Notes: generated by a model from the letters alone, not told the origin. Counted from the first letter of the stretch, positions 1 to 15,784 are shown. The stretch is DNA of 64,000 bases from Lingula anatina (GCA_051362555.1 CM120640.1:2852001-2916000), one strand, 5' to 3'. Program-made: numbers and translations.

Positions 1-2568
1 TTTCCAAGCATGAAATAAACCAACTCCTCCTGGAAAAGTGATAGATTGAGTCTGGCATCCACAGAAAAGTTGGATTTCAGATTTTACTCAGATAAGATGG
101 AAAATTGGCTCTAGTTGAAGCAGCAGAAACATTGACAATTTTCCCACCACTAATAGCTTTCCAAGGCACTTAGAATGAAATATCAGTGAACTTAATGGGC
201 AGAAAGACTAATTATTGGAAAGGCAACAAAGTCAATTAGGGTTAGCTATCATTTTACCTTCAATAAGTGCTGTTAGTTTCAGAATTAAACATACATTTAT
301 TTCCAACATAACGATTTTCCTGACTGGATAAAACTAGGGGGGTCATCTCCAAGAAGTGGATAGGCCTCACATAAGGCCAAATATCCTGCTGCCATTTAGT
401 TGTGGTGGGCAATTTCATTGGACTGTTTAGGATACAGTAAGTTTTAAAGATTATATATATGTAGACCTTTTATGCTATATTCTTTCAGCTGAAGAGTATT
501 GGGAATTATGCAGAAAACAATTATTTGACTGAAAGGATATCACTTGAATTGTACATAAAGAAAGGAAAAAAGGACCATTCATAGAAGTAGATTTGTTAGA
601 TTTAACTTTTATTAATTTTTTCTTTTGTACAAAAATGAAGTTCATTTAGCAGGTACAATACCCATACATGCTTTCTACTGCAAAGGTGCCTAATTAAACC
701 ATATGTCTTTTTAAATTTCTTATGGAAAAAAAAACAGCTATTACAAGCTTAATTTTATCTGGATTGTATCTTTTTATTAGTAAAATATGTTGCCAATCAT
801 GGAACTTCATTGGTATTTACATAATAACAGTATAGTGCTGCAAGGGCACTGGGTACAGCAATGCCTACTTAGTACTCACTTACTTCAAAGCATCTTAGGA
901 AGGATGTCTGGGGCATTAAAAATAGCAATTAATTTTTGCACATTGTAAGCCCACTAGGTCACGTCAAAGTTTGGTGTAAGTCATTGAGCTGCTTCGTGAA
1001 AAAAAAAAAAAAAGCAATCCTGACAATTTGTTAAATGGAAATCTATAAACCTAATGATAATGTGTACACACACACAGAAAAGGATGCAACATTTATGAAT
1101 TCATTTCACAAAACAAATTTACCCGAGCATTTCAACCTTAGATTTTGTCTAATTTCCACTATATTTCAACTTTGTATGCATGAAGACTTGTATTTGTGCA
1201 CCAGGGTTTGAAAACCTTCATTTTTCTTATTAATATATTTTAACATATTTAAATAGAAATTTGGTTATAGATTTTAAAAATGCATTTGCTTTTGAGCATT
1301 TTACCTTTTTTTTTACTGACCATGAACTTCAGAATCAATTCCAAAGGACCCATCCATGCATGAAGACCCAAATCTGAACTTATGCACCTGATATTCCCCC
1401 CACTGACTTTTGCCAAAGTTTGATTATTTTGAAAATATTTGAAAATTAGCTGACACATTAGTGTCATGAAACATTGTTTGACAATCTCTGACAGCTAACT
1501 GTCAATTTTATTGAAATCTTCCTGGGTCATCTCTGTGCATCCCCGCATCATATCTCTCCCACGTCATTACTGTACTAGCACAAGTGTAATATTACCTACA
1601 TCAGTACCTCCCTCCCTCCATTTCCATTTTCTCTCATCTTTGGTTCTTGAATGATTTTTATAAAAAAGTGTCACTTTCAGGTCTCAGTAAGTAGTTTTAA
1701 AATGAATATTATAACTGTCAGTAAAATCTCTGTCCATTTGTGTTGCAAACTGGTGAATGTGTTTTATAATGACAGCTATGATGTAGGACCACTCAGCTTA
1801 CAGCATATTAAGTCCTTCTTAGATGAGTTGATGATTTATTCACCTTGATCCACTTTCAAGGTAACTCAGGTCTTAATTAAAAAGTTTTAAGAGGCCATAT
1901 ATGTAGAAAGTGTTAATCCAGGAACTTCAAACTCAGAATAATTATTATTTGTAGATGTGGTATTTTTCAGGTATTTTTCAGTGTTTCTCTTAATTTCTGT
2001 GTTGCTGTACATATTTAGTTTGACCCTTTCCTCATAATCCATTTCTTTGTAAAGAAAAAAAAAACAGATACTGATTGGGTGGAGGGGTTATGGCATTTAG
2101 CGAATAGTTATTAGTTTGATGTGACACTTTTGTGGCCCAGTAAACAATGAATTGTTTTAATGCGCATATTTCTGACAGTGAAATATACCACCTTGCATGC
2201 TTTGCTAAAGATGTAATCAAGTAATAGAAAATTGATAAATTTTTCATGACCCTTTCAAATGTCAGGTGGAGCATATGAAATCAACAATGCATTTATCTGA
2301 TGCCAGCAGAAGCTTTTAGCTCACGGTTAATGGGAATTTGAAAAATTAATTGGCCACCAAAAGTGAATAGTTCATCACTGTTTGACATAAGCACAGTGAT
2401 CAGTGGCAGTTGAGAGTAGACATCTTACCGTTTGTTGGCAACTGAGGTGTGAGAACGCACAGGGTGTGTCAATTGAAGATCCATTTTACCTTCTGACTGT
2501 TTCTTGACACTACTTTCTTAAATAGCTCTGTTATCTGAAATAAATGATCTCTTAAAATTATAATATAG

Positions 2569-2741
2569 CAGGCCGGTAGCCAGCCATTTCAGGGAGGTTC
2601 TTTTTTGAAAAAAAGTGGACCTTCAACCATTAAACCTTTATGTACCTACATTATATTTTACCCAGAGCGGACCTTTTTCCCCAGAAAAAGAACAATTCAT
2701 TCTCACTCCCATCCTGGAACCCCCCCTGGCTAAGGGGCCTG
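2569..2741. mobile_element. Short MITE-like element with imperfect terminal inverted repeats
   Basis: Left CAGGCCGGTAGCCAG versus right CTGGCTAAGGGGCCTG; GC-rich ends in an AT-rich background; target-site duplication unclear. Confidence 0.5.
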
Positions 2742-5700
2742 AATACTGATCAGTACTGAATGGCTTTTTGCAATTTTCCAAAGAAAAGAAGAGGAAAAAG
2801 AAGTGTAGAGAGAATGAAGAGATTGTCATTAAGACCATCAGAAGAATAAACAGAATAGGAAAAATTTCTGGTCAAGATATTATACATGGTATTTTTACTC
2901 TGTACTGTTGATATATAACAATCTAGGTGAAAACACCCACTTTTGTTAACCACAGTTATTTCTTAGTGTCCTAGCTTTGCCAAACCTTCAGTGACTGTTA
3001 CAGAATGTTTACCGACTTCCACCCATTTCATATAGCATGCAGTTAGGAAGTTTTGACTCTAAACAGCTATATTATGTTCCCAATATAGCTTATAAAAAGG
3101 CTGCAAATGCTTGTTGGCATACAATAACATCGTTAAACATAATTCTTATGTGAGAATTTAGATTAACATTGGGTGATTACGAGGGCTGTGATTTTTCCGT
3201 GAAAAGTATTAAGTTGATTGAATGTATTGATGAAGAAGCCTGGTTATGGAGTTTATGTCTGCCAGCCTTTCGCATGTTCTTGTATTAAAGATACCCTGTA
3301 AACTTTTTATGTTCTATATTAATCTGTCCTCAATGTAATCATCAAATTAGTTGCAGGTAATGCTGTTATCATCCTGTAGCATTTTGAAAATTCCAGCTGT
3401 TTCTTTCTGGGTGGTGAAAAAGTCAGGCAAATCCTATAAATGAGCTAATTTTTGTGATTACTGAAGTTTTGCATGATCTGCATGACATCTGTCATGTAGG
3501 AGTCTAATGAGCTGGTGCCCTGCTATTCTGACCTGTTGGTATTGGGGCTTCCTGTGGACCACTTTATGCCAAAAAAAGCCTCCCAATTAGCTGAGTGCAC
3601 TCATTAAAGATGCTATGGTGTAAGGTATAGCTCTCATTAAAGCAGGATGTGTCATGGTACATTTCTGTCATTCTTGCTCATTATTCTGTAAGGCACTCAT
3701 TTATGGTGCTCTCTTGTGAGATGGTTGTGATATAAAGTTTTTTTTTAGTTTGATAATTGGGTTTGGTTTACTTTTTGGAAGAGGGTAACTACAGGCAACA
3801 TTTTGAATATGTGAGAAGACAAACTTAGACCACACAGCATGCAAAGAAAGGCATTGACAGCATCGGAAAATTTCATTTTGAACATGAATTTTGCTTATAG
3901 TTTTTTAATCATCTTATTATTAGATGATTTTGCTTTGTGAAACAGTGAAACAAAAAAGTAATATCACATAATTGATATCCCTATAGAAAATGGTTATCCT
4001 TTGCTAAAATGGGATTCAACAAGTAGGATGACCTCTTTTAAAGATAAGATAATAGCATTACATGTTTGATTTCTTAAAATGGTATATTGTAATAATGAAT
4101 GTTTTTTATAGCTTGGTGGCAGTCAGGGTTGAGAAGCATTCCATCTATATATTATTCTTTTGTTCTTGTCTTCCAGATTGTGAAGGAATCAAGTGAAAAA
4201 TTTTAGTGGATGATTGCTTTCATTTGTAGTTTGTTTTTCCTTGAATTAGCCTGATTCTGGGGGGTCACCCGGTGCATTTTGAAACTTTTGGCAGCCAAGC
4301 AACCATCATCTGAAGTATTTTTGTCATCATAAGAGCTACAGTAGTAATACCCTTACTGCTATCATTATCAACTAAGTAAGAGAGGTACATGTATATTCAC
4401 AGAGTGGTAGCGATCTCTGTCCATTTTCTTCAACAGTACTAAATCAGGTCCAGTGGGTATTTTCATATACTAGTATATGAACACACGTGTCATTCTTTTC
4501 CAATTTTTGTAGTAAAAAATTGTCAAATTTGAAAAATGTCATAATTGATTGGTTATGCATTGTACAGCCAAGTATTTAATTAGCACATATAGCAGGATTT
4601 TTGAAAAAAAAGTTTCTGTTTTTTTGTCCATCTGTCTCACAAAAACAGATGAGCTAAGACCACCTGATTTAGACCAGAGACTTGTCATGGGGTTCTTGGA
4701 TGAGATTGTGATTGGTTGAATTTGACCCTCCTTTCAAGGTCATGGAGGTCGTATTAAGAAAAACTTTAACTTGATACTGGTTGATGAATAATAGCAGCTA
4801 GAAACCTTATACACTTCATCATCATGAAATGTTAATAAGCCTAACGTATATTTCATTGTAATGTGGATAAAGGTGTTACTTAGGAAAATTTATTTAAAAT
4901 TGCTGTGTTTTTCCAATTTCTGTGTTTCTGAGACTTGGTTTATGTGTGGATGTGGTGAGTGTTATCATCAAATTCAGTGATAATTTTGTTTGAATGTGTT
5001 ATTTTTAAAATTATGTTGCGATAACATGACTGATGCTAAGGGAGTACTGGCATGTGCTCTGAAGGCTGTCTTTGCCTGTCTGAACCTCTCATGGAAACCC
5101 TCTCTCTTGACTGCATAATTTTCTTTTCTTTGCCTTTAAATATCATCTCTCGAAGTAATATTATCCACAACATAACAAATTCTTATTTCTATTTTGATAA
5201 ATTATTTTTTTGATGAGCACTTGGGTAGCCCCATTATCTGATAGTCTTCTTGATTACTATTTTTTCCAATCTTGATTAAATTACCAATGTGACTAGGGAT
5301 GTTTTCCTATGGGTGTAATAGTAGCAGTTTCTTAATAAACTGGGAACTCCTGGCGTGACCGGTTGTTTGTTTCAGGCAGGCTGGGAATTAGATCCATCCC
5401 AAATTATGTTTTCTTGATTCTGTTATTACATGTTGGTCCTGGTTGTATGTGATTACTGGTGGAGACTGCAGCCCTGTGCTCTGGCCTAAGGTGGGATACA
5501 AGGAGAACACTGAAGTTAATTCATTAAAATGTGTACCACCATACTGCATTGATTTATAACAACCTGCACCGTGTTAATGAAGAACTTGCAACCTGACACC
5601 CCCTGAGGCGCAATGCACTGGTCACTGGAAGAGTCCATTCATAGCGAGAGAAACATGAACATGTTGGTGCAGCGTAAGATCCAAGCAGTGTAAGCGTGAG

Positions 5701-5919
5701 CAATCAGTACTAATTCCACTCATGTTTCTCTCATTTCATAAATTATGATTGCAATCAAGCCATAGATAAGCTGCCATCACGCAGTGTTTGTGACAGAAGT
5801 GATCGCCGCATTGTCTTTTCGTCATCCTGTGTCGGTTGTGACAGGAGTGACTGACTGAAGCATCAGCAGACAATAACATACACAGAAAGCCACAGCTGCT
5901 TGACTTCTCCCTAACAAGG

Positions 5920-6025
5920 ATGTCATCTGAAGGAGACAGTAGCACTCACAGTGGTTCTCTGGATTCTTTGCCCAACATATTAGAAACTGATACAGCGCAG
6001 GATGATATAACAGAACCACAGATTG
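5920..6025 (+). CDS. Probable alternative (distal) first coding exon of the LMO gene
   Basis: ATG 5920, open frame MSSEGDSSTHSGSLDSLPNILETDTAQDDITEPQI+G, donor G|GTATGT in phase 1, which matches the LMO exon starting at 22289; preceded by a relatively CpG-rich stretch (~5600-5860). Confidence 0.55.
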
Positions 6026-9000
6026 GTATGTTCATTATTAGGGATTTTTTTATGTTATAGAATCAAATGCATGCTGCTATAATAATTAGGATATTTCAAC
6101 TGTAGCATGTGTTTTGGTACATTTTCATACATGTGGGAATAAAGAATTGAGAAGTGCAATATACGTGCTAGTATATTATGTATACAGAATGAAGAAAGGT
6201 TCTTTTTTTTAAATATTATTCCCAGTGATAACTGAATAGCTATGTAATCACGTTGACTGTTTGGGTTTTGATTAAAGCAGGAAATGCACTGCACTGGCAA
6301 TTTAGGGAGGTTTTATATTAACAGGAAATCACACTTTCCCCAAAGCTTTTGTTGATGCCAAATGCTGAGATTTATCAGTTAATTATTTCAATTTATCATT
6401 TAATTATAGGGGTTGCTAATTAGGTTTAATACATCCAGTCACTTCTACTAGTTACAGTCAATCAATAAGCTGTGCAGCCAGATCAGTTGGGAGGTTAACC
6501 TGACTGCTACAAATGGCTATTCACAAGGTTATGTGCTACAGAAAATGTTGGAATAGAATTGGCTAAATGGTGGTTATGTAGCTCAGGGTTTTCTTGTTCT
6601 TGCCTCGCTGAGTTATTTAACATGTGTATGCTAATCTTTAGGGCAGCATGTATTTTTCTCCCTGATGTTGAGCCAGAAATACATAATTTTAGTTCGTGTA
6701 CTGTGGTTTGGTTTGGGAAGTGATTCTCAAAGCAGCTTTTTTAGCAGTGGATAACAGCTCCTTTATTTCATTTAGGCTGCTGTGGCACTTCATGTATGCA
6801 AACTGAGTGGTTGACTGTTGTTCATTCCGTGCACATGCTTTTGCGAGTAACATTTGTGATTACTTTGTCACAGAATTGCATGGAATCCTAAAATTATCTT
6901 GTATTCTCTTTTAATCATAGATGAAATATTTTGTAAATTGCTGTGTGTATTATAGTGTTCTGAAGCAAGATGTTCAGATGACACTATGTATTAAATTTTT
7001 AAGTATTTCTTTTGTTTTTTGTCCTTGCTGATTTAGCATCTGATGTGACAGACTGGTTTGAAATTATTCAAAAGAAAAAAAAAAAGAAATAATATGGCCG
7101 TAGCAATTCTTTAAAAAAAAAAAAAAAGATTGAATTTTTTATATCATGGCTCACCAGCGTCATAAGCTTTTCAGTTGATTCTGATAATTTTCAGCACATC
7201 ATGAGGGTGGATAAGAACTTCAATAAGCTGTTACAATATGTCATGTCTAGTTGGCTTTTTGTTCTGGTAGCTTCTGACAATAAACCGATTATGCCTATGT
7301 TTTTATTTTTGATATTGTTTATCAAAATGTTTGATTAAATCAAGGAAATTGTGCCATTATTTCATGCTTTTTGTTAGTCCTTGAAAGTAGGAACTTTTTG
7401 TGCCTTCTAGATACTAATGAAGATATGTTTTCTCTGAAAAGAATGGAGAGCTATATTAATTAATAAAGGAAATGTTGGTTTTGAAAGGCAAATATTTGAA
7501 TAGCCATTTCTCTTATAATGAAGTACAGCACTTTATGCTTTGTCCATTTATTTTGCCACAAAATCTCATAAATTATTTTATTAACATAAGTTTTTGCGAA
7601 ATTATTATAAGACACAATCATACATTATTCTAATGCTTCTGAAATATTAAATACGGTCTTTTGTAAGTTACGTGATTGTGTTTGAATCAGTTTCCTGTTT
7701 TTATATTTTGTGTAAATAGAGACAATTAATTAAACATTTATTGCATTTTCTATGAAAAGGGACATAATGATGGAGTTTTAAATGTGGGAACAATAACCAA
7801 GCAGGGCTTTCCGTACCTTTCATCGGCTTGCAATTCCATCTGAAATTTTAACATTCAATCTTTGTCCAATTTTCATGGTAGAGGCGCGACAGTGAGTTAT
7901 CCAAATCAAATGTAGTGGAAGGTTAACACTGTGAGATGATCTTGACATGAGGTACAGCAGAGTACATCTGTACGGAATCTTATACATTACATGTCTTATC
8001 CTATTTTTTGAGTGATTACTGCTCTTTGTAAGTAGAGGAAATTAGGTGGTTTTGAAATACATATACAAGATGAAAAGATTTTTTCTCTTTTGTTGAATAT
8101 TGTACATACATGTTTTATCTATCAGGAGCATGTATTGGTGTAAATTCTTAAAGCAATTATTCATGTTTTGTGATGAGATAACCAACTCAAGGCAACTGTC
8201 ATTCATTTACAATTTACAACATTTACAAACCTGTGTATTGACTGATCAAAAGAAAATAGAAAGCAGCAGAGGATGTACACAATGAAAGAGAAATTATACA
8301 ATGCAATAGCTGTCAGTTGATGTGACAGAAAAAATTAGTGATGCTGAGGGCAGTTAATTAGTTTGAACCACGAAAAAGTTAATTAGTTATCAGAACCAGA
8401 CTGAGACATGTTCTCACTTGGCTAAAAACTAGAGGGACTTTGTGGTGAATAAACTAATTAAAGCAATCCATTTGCAGGAACATAAGGGCAACATTATGCC
8501 AGCTCAAGTGCCTTATTCACAGTCATTTTCAAGTTATGTCACTTGTAACAGTTAGTTTTAAACAGCCAAGTTGACTGTGCAGTGGGACACACATGCTTGT
8601 GTGCTTGCACTTGCTGAAGTGAAGTTACTAGTCACGAGAGCAACTTGCAAGAAAAACAAGGCACTGTTTAAGATAGCAATGTTGCAGGTCATGTAGCAAA
8701 GCTGAGATGTGTCTGATGCATATGTCAGCGGTTTGTTATTTTTTTTATAATTACATTTCCCCCTTTTAGAGTAAAAATAGATTTGTTGAGAATGATATTC
8801 TGGAATATTCAGTCTTAGGGCTCAATCCCAAAGAACTGTTGTTCTACATAGATGAATCCATTCCTGCAGGGTCTCTTGCTGAATGAAATCCATTAACTGA
8901 TTAACAGTTTAACATGTCTCCTCTTGTTTTCAACACACCTGTATAATCACCAGTTTTTCTGCATTCTACTCAATGCCAGGAGACAGCTTGTAAATAGGTG

Positions 9001-12000
9001 AAATTGATTGTATTCAGCAAGAGTTCCCATGGAATTGGACCACTCTATGTAAAACAATAGTTTCATTTGGAATGAGCCCTTAGAATCGTCTTATTACACA
9101 TCCTCATTCTTAACGTTAACTGCCAATATTTCATTTTTTTACTTCAGAAATCTGGCGCTTTGCTTTTCTGCGTTCTGAAAGAAAAACTTTTGAGAGACTT
9201 GTTGAAAAGGCAATGTCAGTCGTAAAGTAATCTTAAAAAAATGGTTTTGAGTAGGAGTGGTCACTGTTTTGAAGAAATGTTTTAGAAACCCAGCCCAGAA
9301 GGAGAAAAATAGACTGGTGTTTTCGTGCAAGTGCCCATAACTAACATAGCGAAAAGCATGTGGCTACTTGGCTTCAAACAGCTAGAACAAAACTGTTGAT
9401 GTGTAAAGCTCATAGTTTTGTAAACTAAAGTCGCTAAAATTAAGGACATTTTGCAATCATTCCAATCTCAGAGTGCATTTTCATGTTCTTCTCAAGCCAA
9501 AGCACATTTCAACAGATTAACATACATCAAAGTTGAGGTAAAATGGCATGATTATGATTTTACCCAAATTGATGCCATTGATTTAATGTGTTTTGCTGAA
9601 GGAAAATTTAAACTGTGGTGAATTAGAAAAAAGCATTTTGTATTTCTTTAGCATAAGAGATGTGATATCTTCAAAACACTAGAAACATTTATGATGTTTT
9701 GTTTAAATAGAACTTCCTTTAAGAGTGCTTGATGCTGTTTTGAGAAGTTGAGCAGTACTTGAAGGACTTAAAAAGATCAGCCTGGAGTAGACAGAAATTC
9801 TTTGTAGATAAAAGGCATCCAATTTTGCCTCATGCTTGCATTGCTGTAAATACACTGAAATATACAACTACACCTGAAACTTGAACATAAGACTAAGTGA
9901 TTTTATTCTTGAAATCTGGTGGATGATATAAGCCTGTAGGGGAGAGTTCGGAGGGGGGGGGAGGCTCAAAAGACTCTTTGGCCAAATGACCATTGCAAAC
10001 TCTTTGGCCAAATGGCTATTGCAATTTTGGTTTCATTTCATTGCTTGAGAAAACCCCCAATTTCATTATCCTGTTCTGAACCTATGTGAGTATGCGAGGG
10101 ACATATTGCCTGGTACAGGGCCTCTTTTTGACATCAACTATATTTAAGGAATCTCTCCCCCCCCCCTCCTGCCTGTAAAAAGCCTGGTGTTGGTGACAGT
10201 GCCCCAGCAGATGACAGCGTATACACTGGGGTCAACTGGCAATTGTGTGTGGGTGCTAAAAGCAGAACTTTGTGCCAAGAATATGAAGGAAAAAAGGAAC
10301 AAGTGGGCAGAGTTACTACTTGGGGAATACTTTTTGGAAGAAAATACGATGTACAGATTTGAAAATTTTGTCAGTATGAACCACGATCAAACATTTAGTC
10401 TTAAAATCAAACTGGTCATTATTACCATGTGGTCACTTAAAGGGATGGATGTTATTGCCTGGAGTATAGGAACAGTTTTTTTTTTAATCAGTGCAGACTT
10501 TTAAAGAACCCTGTACATATACCTGGATCTTGTAAGTGGCTTCATAACTAATAATATCTTCCCCACTTGAAGGCCTAGGGAAGTAAATTACTACAGTTTC
10601 TAGAGCAACTCAAGCCCACAGCTTATTCTTGCTTTTTTTTTTTAACCCTAGGAATCATTTTATTTAAAAAAAAACCTTTACATACATGTATCTGTTTTGC
10701 CAATATTACAGGCTGAATATCTCTATAACAAAAGATAAAGGTGTTAGCACAACTTGATGCTATGAAACTGGTAAACCAAGAAAACTTAGCTTTCAGAGGT
10801 GCATATCCATATATTTGGCAGCTATTTTAAACTTAAGCAAAAAGGAAAAAAAAATTTTATGGATAAATACGTATCCTTTAAGATCTTCTCCAGCATTTTA
10901 AGTTCTAAGTTGACTGAAGTAAAATTATTTCAGGCATATGTTTTGCTGGTGGTACATAGTAAGGAGGGGTCTACACTCTCTAAACCTATCATTTATATTG
11001 CTTCAGCATGCTCAACATGCTTATTATTCAAATTAAAAAATGATGTCAGAACAAATAGACATGTCTGTTGAAATATGATTTTATCAAATCTGTCTTTCTA
11101 ATCAAATTTTTCTTGTTGACCATGCAGCTTTTCTCACAGTGTTGGCCAAATGTGTGTGAAAATGTGATGTTTTCACCCAGGCTTCTGTTACTGATGTTAA
11201 ACAAGCACTTAAGCTGGAGTGTGTCGCTAAAGTGTGCACCTCCTTGAGGATAGAATAACTGACTTAATGTGACAAAAAAGCTAACAAATCGGTTGGGCAA
11301 ATTGAGCTAGGGAAAATTCCCTCTATTGAATGCATTTGAACTGCAATTGCATCTTGTTTACAAAAAGGTTAAAAACACACTCACTCTATTTTGTGAAATT
11401 GATCTGTGGGCTGAGAGGGAATTCCATTTTATACACTACATTACCCTTTATTTCATTTGATGAGAAAATTTCCAAAATTTCATCCCTGAATTATTTTCTG
11501 TCAGTGCATAATGAAAGAGTAATCTGTCAACCAATCATTTAGAGACTTGGAAATGGCAAGGGAGAGCGCGGGGTGCAGAAACGGCCATGATCTGGGGATA
11601 ACTGTGGTGATTACCACTTAATGGAGTGGAAAGAAAAAGGCTTTTCATTAACTAACAAATGCACAGATTAGTACAAGTAGGAATGAGCAGCCACTACTTA
11701 GTATTGGTTCATTGCAGCAGAAGGACAGCAGGCGGAAGATGGAGCAAACCCGGCTGCCTCACACTGCCATAGCGGACCTGCACTTTTGAAACGACATTAT
11801 TCCAGGGAATTGACCATTTACAGTATTTATTAGTAAGAGAGAGAGAGAGAGAGAGAGTTGGTTTTTCTTATATTTTTATATCATTAGATACCATAAAGGC
11901 AGGTTAGAATTCTAATTCAGTCATGTTTTCTGGAAGATTACTTTATTGAGAATTTGAAGGTTTTAATGATAAGGATTAAGTCAGCATCTCCAGCTTCATT

Positions 12001-14912
12001 TAGTCCAGAAAATAGTATTTTAATCATAAGCAAAAGTTGGTTAGGTAAGGTGCCATATTGAAATCCATAATTACACAGCTTAAATCCATGAAAATGACGT
12101 CTTTTGGCATGTAAGAGGTTTACCAATAACCTTTGCTTTTTCTGATGATTGCACACCATATCTTGTATCTGAGATTAGTTGTTGAAAAACAATTCAATGT
12201 TGAGAAGGTCATATTACCTTTACAGCTGTTACAGTTTATTTTAAGAGCAAAAAGAGTCCTTTCTGCTTTTTAATTAAAATGTCTCTTTGTGGCTAGTCAC
12301 AATTTTCAGTCATACTGCAAATGAAAAGAGTAAATATATTATTCAATAAAATCTGTGAAGCATGTTTCCCAAATATCACTTTTTTTAATTGCCTTATGTG
12401 ATGAGACATCAGAGTTTACTGTAATAGTTATGGTATGGATTCCTGACCTTCTGAGGACATTGACATGTGTCTGTTCTGTGAATGCCAAAAGAAAGTGATG
12501 TGATTTGGGAAAAATTTGGTGTGTTGTTATATGTAGATCAGAATGTCTACAGACTTGTATCTGTGCTGTTATAACACAATATGTAAGATCTGCTGATGAT
12601 GGAGAAGTGATGTATCATGATGTAGGAAGCATATGGAGAAGCTGCACAGTTACAGTCAATTTAGGTACCACATTTTTTCCAGACATTTATGATATTGTAA
12701 TGTTGAATGCATCCAAGTCCTGCGTTTCCACTTACGTCTGGCGACCAGCGAGAGCAGATGTACGGAATGTTCCACTCCAGAGACAATAACAACACTAAAA
12801 ATGAACTGTATCACTTGTATGTCATTTCCAGCTTCGTTTTACTGATAACTTCCCTCCACTTCCAATGATCGCCTTTGTTGCCCATAAGCAGTGTATTGCA
12901 TGATGGCAAAGTTAATGAAAAACTAAGGATATTGTTATTATAGGATAAAAACCAATTCCCTATACTTGCAACATTAATGTATATTATACGAATTTCTAAT
13001 GAATTTTTTCATCAATATCGCAATGTTAATTACAATATTCTTGAAAAAATACCCCCTCAGCCGCCTAAGTCAACTTGAGAAGTTGATTTTGATGGAAAAA
13101 TTGCATGTATCTTCCATGCTGCCTCATACTGTGCTCTTTTCACAAAGGATATTGGGTTTACGGGGAGATCAGATAATCAGTAAGTAATTCCAAACTTTAA
13201 TATCTACCGAGCTGATAGCCCTGCTTGGCATGTTTTCATTACTTTGAAATTAATGTTAGTAATAATCTGCTCACTTTTACACAAGTCAGTAGGCATGAAA
13301 TGTAAGATATAAAGTCATCTATAACCCCTGATGGAGTTCTCATCTACTCTGGCCATAGCTCATTTTCTCTCCATGTAATTTTTTTACAGTTTTAATAACT
13401 GCTCTAGCCACTGATGGCACAAGATTTATCTTGGTGCATAGTTATTAATGGCGTTGCCTAGAAAGTGGCTGCGGGTGCATGCACCATTGCCCCCGCAGAT
13501 GGATAGCCATCAATAGCATTAGTTTCTGCATGACTTAGAAACTATTGTGAAAATAAAAAAAACAAAGTAATGTACATGTAGTGTGCTTTGTTTTGCCAAC
13601 AATTGTGTATTAAGATGCTGGCTAATTTTTTTCCTGTCTATTTCATCTATTAGAATTGAGGCAGGAAATTAGAAGTCTGCTCCAATCCGGTAAGCTAAGA
13701 CGAGTGATTAGTTGCTGTGGAGTCCACACTGTAGACAGTCTGAGACAGCCTTAACAACAGGGTTGCATTAAGTTGTCCATGGATGTGACTAAGCTTTCCA
13801 TAGTTCTGTGCCAGTCTGCTCTAGACAGCATGTTAATTTTATAACACTTTATCCCATTGACCTTTCCTTGTTATTGTATTCTTTGCAGAAATTAATATCT
13901 CACCAGGATATCCATATTCCCTTCTATAAATTGAACCACAACAATGCGGTGTACTCATGTGTTAAAACTTCAATATCCACTAATTGAACACTGAAAAAGC
14001 AAATGAAATGGATGATGTATGATCAAATAGACTTGCACGCAGCCAGATTGAAATTTTTCATTGCTGTAATACACTTGACATCATCCACAGGGGATTATTT
14101 TACACAGACCTTTAATAAGTGGCTATAATTAAGGTAACAAAGTAATTTTGTGAGTGGGTTTGCTAAAGGGAGGGAAATATCTGCACTGATTACTTTTTGC
14201 CTGCAGTCAGTTGGTTGGCAGGCCAAGCAGAAGGTAGGTAGGCTACACTGAGACTGAACAGCTATAGGAGTCATATCTTGTGGGGAGAAGAACAACCACA
14301 TGATCAAGGTCGTACATGTACATGTAGATCTTGAGGACCAGCTGGACATGTTCCCGTAAGGTTGAGTGGTATTTTTAAAGCAGAATGTTGATTGAAAGGA
14401 AAGAAGATATGGAAACTTCTACCCAGGCATTAGTAACCTTATGGAAATATTTTATTCATATATGGTTCAAAGGCACCAGCATTTCCCTGGTATCGATAGG
14501 GGCAGTGTTGACAGTAACGCTGAAGTTATTAAACATTTATCTTTTTTTCATTCACTTTAATAACAAGTCCTTTCAAACCCAATCGGTCTGACCTGAATCA
14601 TCTATAATGCAATCCATATATTTCATTAACTTGATATTTTTATCTAAGAACAGTGCAGAGATGACAGGGAGCCTGACATTTGTCATGCAACCTGTGTTCA
14701 TCTGATCTGGTCTATGAAATCATATATAACTCAACTTTTCTGCCGTGCACATGATGTGCTAGAAAATTTCATTGAATAAGTCCGTCATGTCAGGTAACAT
14801 TTACTCTCACAGGTGATGGTGATATCATAAGAGCCACACTTAGTCTATTAAATTAAATGATCACATTAGTGTGATGAGACCAATTTAAGATATTAGCTGT
14901 GTGGACAGTATG

Positions 14913-14916
<4 letters not shown>

Positions 14917-14955
<39 letters not shown>
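14917..14955. repeat. (AG)n microsatellite
   Basis: Direct reading. Confidence 0.95.
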
Positions 14956-14957
<2 letters not shown>

Positions 14958-15784
14958 AGTGTGTTAAGATTTAGAAGGGAAACATAACACTTTCCCAAGC
15001 ATGTGACACAGAAATAGAATCATGTTGTTGTGGTTACTTCAGTTCCCTTTATTAAAGATTGTTTTATCTTGTTAAATAATTGTTTATGCAGTTTTCAACT
15101 TGGATTCAGTAAAAGTTCAGTAATGTTCGTCAATTCAAACGATGATTTAAGTTGGAAAGTTGAATTTCAATATTGTAACAAAGACCTTGGATGAGTGTGA
15201 AATGTTACTAATTGATTTAGACTTCAGTTTTCTTTAGATTTAGAAAAAATACAATGTGTTAATATATATTTTTCTCAGCACTTGCAGATTTTTTTATGAT
15301 TAATGCATTGAATTTTTCATTAAATGTATTGGCATATTTTTATTTTCAGATTTAACCCATAAAATTGATTTTCTGTAAAATGATACTGATGTGTTTTATT
15401 TTTCAGATTATATATATTCAGAGTGCAGTGAGTGTTCTAAATTCTTTTCTAAAAAATTTATCTGCGACTTTTCATTTCATTAATTCTACCTCAAGTTATT
15501 CTGTATCTGTTATATTGAATACTTCTCATATTTCTATGCTTTTCAATTTCCCACTAGTATCCTCTTGTTCAAAAGTCGAGATTGAAGAAGAAGCTGGAAG
15601 AAAACCTCAAGTATATTCAGCATCTTTTTCATTTCTGTTCAAGTATGTAAAAAGATATTTTCCTGTTTCTTATTGTAGTTAGTAACCCCATTTAGACACA
15701 ATTGAAAAAAAGCTGAAGTGATGGTCCAGATTGAAATCAAATTGGTAAATAAAGGTTTAAGCTGACATTTTGAGATATACTAGG

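Noticed and set aside
11739-11789. ATG in good context within a GC-richer patch as another LMO first exon
   Set aside because: The frame closes at TGA after 16 codons with no suitable donor before it
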